Shown here piece by piece: positions 61,942 through 64,000 of a DNA stretch of 64,000 nt (position 1 is the first letter of the stretch; each line of letters starts with the position of its first letter). The translations under genes and the position numbers were made by a program. The stretch is from IMG/VR virus record IMGVR_UViG_3300014205_000184, positions 3,162 through 67,161 of that record; one strand, written 5' to 3'. Below the pieces are notes generated by a model. It saw only the letters and a program-made list of their open reading frames with translations. It was not told the DNA's origin and ran no database searches. Source of the DNA: a virus (taxonomy: Duplodnaviria; Heunggongvirae; Uroviricota; Caudoviricetes).

Positions 61942-62686
61942 AATCGTTTTTTAAAGTCGCTACTAAGAGCTTAGTTGTTGAGTCCTGTTTTCTAGACATA
62001 GCTGTTAAAAAACTAGCCTTGAGACCACTTACAGCATTATAAACATCGGTTGCTCTAGCTAACATTGCTTTTGAACTAGCTATTGTCGCAGATTTTGTAG
62101 TATCAGAATCAGATAGTGACTCGGCAGTACTTACCACTGCTTGAGCTGTTTTCATTGTAGCCTCAGCAGAGGCAATTGATATATTAATAGCTCCTAACCC
62201 CTCATCAATACTTTTGACAATTAAAGCCGCATCATCATGCAACCCATCATACTCTTCTGTCTTAGCCTCTAAGTCAGCCTTAGCTTTTTCAATCTTAGGT
62301 TTAATTACCTTATTCCACCATACCGTGATTATAGGCCATAGACCAAGATACGCTAACACAACTATAATTACAATAGCTATAGCGCCTAACTTCCAAAACT
62401 TCTCCCATAACGTCTCGGGTGGTTCAGTAGCCACTGATTGATATGACGTGTCGCTATATTTATCTTTAACAGGTATAAGCTTATCAGGATGTTGTGGGTC
62501 AACTTGATACAACGTCCTTTCACTTTGTATTACACGGCTTGCTTTAGTTTGATTTTTATCTCCGCTAACGATACTATTAATCCCCTTACCTATATTTGGG
62601 ACAGCAAAATAGCTTATCAGCCCTATAACTCCTATAATCGCTACTAGTTCAAAACCTGTAAAACCTTTTTTATTCTTCATTCGCAT
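61940..62686 (-). CDS. Membrane protein with a type IV pilin-like N-terminal signal
   Basis: RBS GGGGGTAGAGAG precedes the ATG. The N-terminus MRMKNKKGFTGFELVAIIGVIGLI matches the class III prepilin motif G|FTxxE. A second TM segment and an Ala/Ser-rich C-terminal half follow. Confidence 0.5.
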   Translation of the reverse strand: MRMKNKKGFTGFELVAIIGVIGLISYFAVPNIGKGINSIVSGDKNQTKASRVIQSERTLYQVDPQHPDKLIPVKDKYSDTSYQSVATEPPETLWEKFWKLGAIAIVIIVVLAYLGLWPIITVWWNKVIKPKIEKAKADLEAKTEEYDGLHDDAALIVKSIDEGLGAINISIASAEATMKTAQAVVSTAESLSDSDTTKSATIASSKAMLARATDVYNAVSGLKASFLTAMSRKQDSTTKLLVATLKND

Positions 62687-62702
62687 CTCTCTACCCCCCA
62701 TT

Positions 62703-62966
62703 TTATTTTCTTGAAAATAACTTAACAAAAAACTCTTTAATCTTTAACAGAAACTTCTTTATTTTATCCATTACACTCTCCTGTTTATCGTCATTCTCGA
62801 TATCGTCAAGCTCTTCTTTTGTCACCAATATAGCATGAGCTTGACATTTTCTATTTGTACATTTTATTATCCAACATATCCTTGTTCTTTTTTTTACTAA
62901 CTGACTGTGGCATACCCAGCATTCTATATTTTTAACTATATTACTGCATAGTCTCTCCATACGCAC
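62703..62966 (-). CDS. Hypothetical Cys-rich protein
   Basis: 87 aa. Carries CWVCH...C...C.NRKC. Confidence 0.45.
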   Translation of the reverse strand: MRMERLCSNIVKNIECWVCHSQLVKKRTRICWIIKCTNRKCQAHAILVTKEELDDIENDDKQESVMDKIKKFLLKIKEFFVKLFSRK

Positions 62967-62972
62967 CTCAAT

Positions 62973-64000
62973 TTAGTTTGCATAAAGCGGTATTTTATAA
63001 TTAGTTCCGTCAACGTCAATAGTTAAATATTTCTTTATCTGCGTAGGCGGTACACCTCCAGTACCAGTTGACGCTCCTGTTACTAAATCATTTAATCCTC
63101 CATTAACTCTTAACCAAACCCCAGCACTAGTCGTATTTGTTATCTTAAAAGGGGTACTCGCTGACCAATTTATTATTTCAATAGAGCTCCCAGTATTGTA
63201 CATCTTAAACCCATACGAAGGGGCGAAAGCGGCTCCAGTCATATATGATGTCTGCTCATAATTGACTTTATATGCGTTATTATAAACAAAGAAGTTCTGT
63301 TTATTAGTAACACTAGATGAAGAAGTTACATATGTGCTACCTTCGTAATAATTAGCTCCCGCATTACGGATAGTGACATACACATTATTATTAAAGTAAC
63401 ACCACGACCACTGTTCATTTAAAGCATTTGTTGTTGATAACTGTAACAATGAATAAACACTGCCGCCAGGGAATATAGATAAAGCTGTTGCTGTATTTAC
63501 AGGAGTTGTTGTAGTAGATATCCTTACCCAATATTTAGTAACGCTATTAACAGCTACTGTACCCCAATTAGTAGGAAGTGTAAATTCTATTCTACCATTT
63601 GATTTAAAATTACCTGTATTATCAACAAGTGCATTCGTTGTAGCTACTAACTGCACCCAAGAAGCACCATTATAGTATTCAACTTTTAAACTATAATTAT
63701 CACCCTTACCTGATAAGTTTAAATCTATAGCATTAAACGTTGATGATAAACCAAGATATAGATAACTAGACGTAGTTCCCATTAAACTAAACGCTATACC
63801 TTCTTCAGAAGATGCTTCCGTTGTGTTATCAGTATACGTATAACCATCATATAAATATACTTTATCAAATGTTGTATACAGTATTTGCCCCGCTGAACCT
63901 TTATACGTCATCTTTCTATCATTATAGTACATCTCATTAACAGTATTATGTCTATAATTAGTAAAAGGTATACTCCATATAGAATATCCCGTCTCAGCTT
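62973..64000 (-). CDS. Structural protein, tail-fibre/receptor-binding-like (Ser/Thr/Asn/Tyr-rich); the N-terminus may lie beyond the window
   Basis: Long - strand ORF of compositionally biased beta-rich sequence (NTTSAGVWLRVNGG..., GTGGVPP). It starts at or beyond the right edge. Confidence 0.45.
   Translation of the reverse strand, partial: AETGYSIWSIPFTNYRHNTVNEMYYNDRKMTYKGSAGQILYTTFDKVYLYDGYTYTDNTTEASSEEGIAFSLMGTTSSYLYLGLSSTFNAIDLNLSGKGDNYSLKVEYYNGASWVQLVATTNALVDNTGNFKSNGRIEFTLPTNWGTVAVNSVTKYWVRISTTTTPVNTATALSIFPGGSVYSLLQLSTTNALNEQWSWCYFNNNVYVTIRNAGANYYEGSTYVTSSSSVTNKQNFFVYNNAYKVNYEQTSYMTGAAFAPSYGFKMYNTGSSIEIINWSASTPFKITNTTSAGVWLRVNGGLNDLVTGASTGTGGVPPTQIKKYLTIDVDGTNYKIPLYAN

Overview
This window reads as about 64 kb of a large, AT-rich tailed phage genome (or phage-derived element) from a low-GC Gram-positive host. 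The host inference rests on several near-consensus sigma-A promoters (TTGACA-N17-TATAAT/TATACT, often with an extended TG) and AGGAG-type ribosome-binding sites.

From nt 1 to about 61830 roughly 150 tightly packed genes all lie on the + strand, with frequent ATGA/TAATG start-stop overlaps. After a convergent terminator at about 61900, the genes switch to the - strand. Those include a structural (tail-fibre-like) gene that runs off the right edge.

Recognisable content:
- Replication and recombination: a CHC2-TOPRIM primase fused to a P-loop NTPase, an SNF2 helicase, a RuvB-like protein, a RusA resolvase, an Hjc-like nuclease, and a degenerate tyrosine recombinase with an Xis-like gene upstream.
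- RNA repair, as a dispersed set: RtcB, a CCA-adding enzyme, an Rnl2-like RNA ligase, an RlaP-like and a second minimal nucleotidyltransferase, two DUF5131 paralogs, and three metallophosphoesterases.
- Nucleotide metabolism: ThyX, a T4-gp1-like dNMP kinase, and a nucleoside 2-deoxyribosyltransferase-like protein.
- Others: a GroES-like co-chaperonin, an SPFH/band-7 protein, and a peptide-deformylase-like protein with an altered HExxH and a SEC-C tail.
- Homing endonucleases: at least five genes, including an HNH endonuclease inside an intein that splits a DNA methyltransferase.

The most notable feature is a four-gene operon at 17755-21182: a small beta-grasp ubiquitin-like protein, a 465-aa protein with an E2-like HPH...C core and a C-terminal Cys-rich zinc-finger tail, a JAB/MPN+ metalloprotease (HxHx7Sx2D), and a ThiF/MoeB-type E1. 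This is a complete Ubl-E2-JAB-E1 conjugation cassette in Bil-like gene order. It is carried by a phage and shows an intrinsic terminator/palindrome between the Ubl gene and the enzymes.

Other points worth a second look:
- Two paralogous ~240-nt tRNA-like (tmRNA-like?) structured RNAs.
- Other structured intergenic elements.
- An in-frame TGA inside a conserved phosphoesterase gene.
- A roughly 900-bp non-coding, pyrimidine-skewed, repeat-containing leader at the left end.
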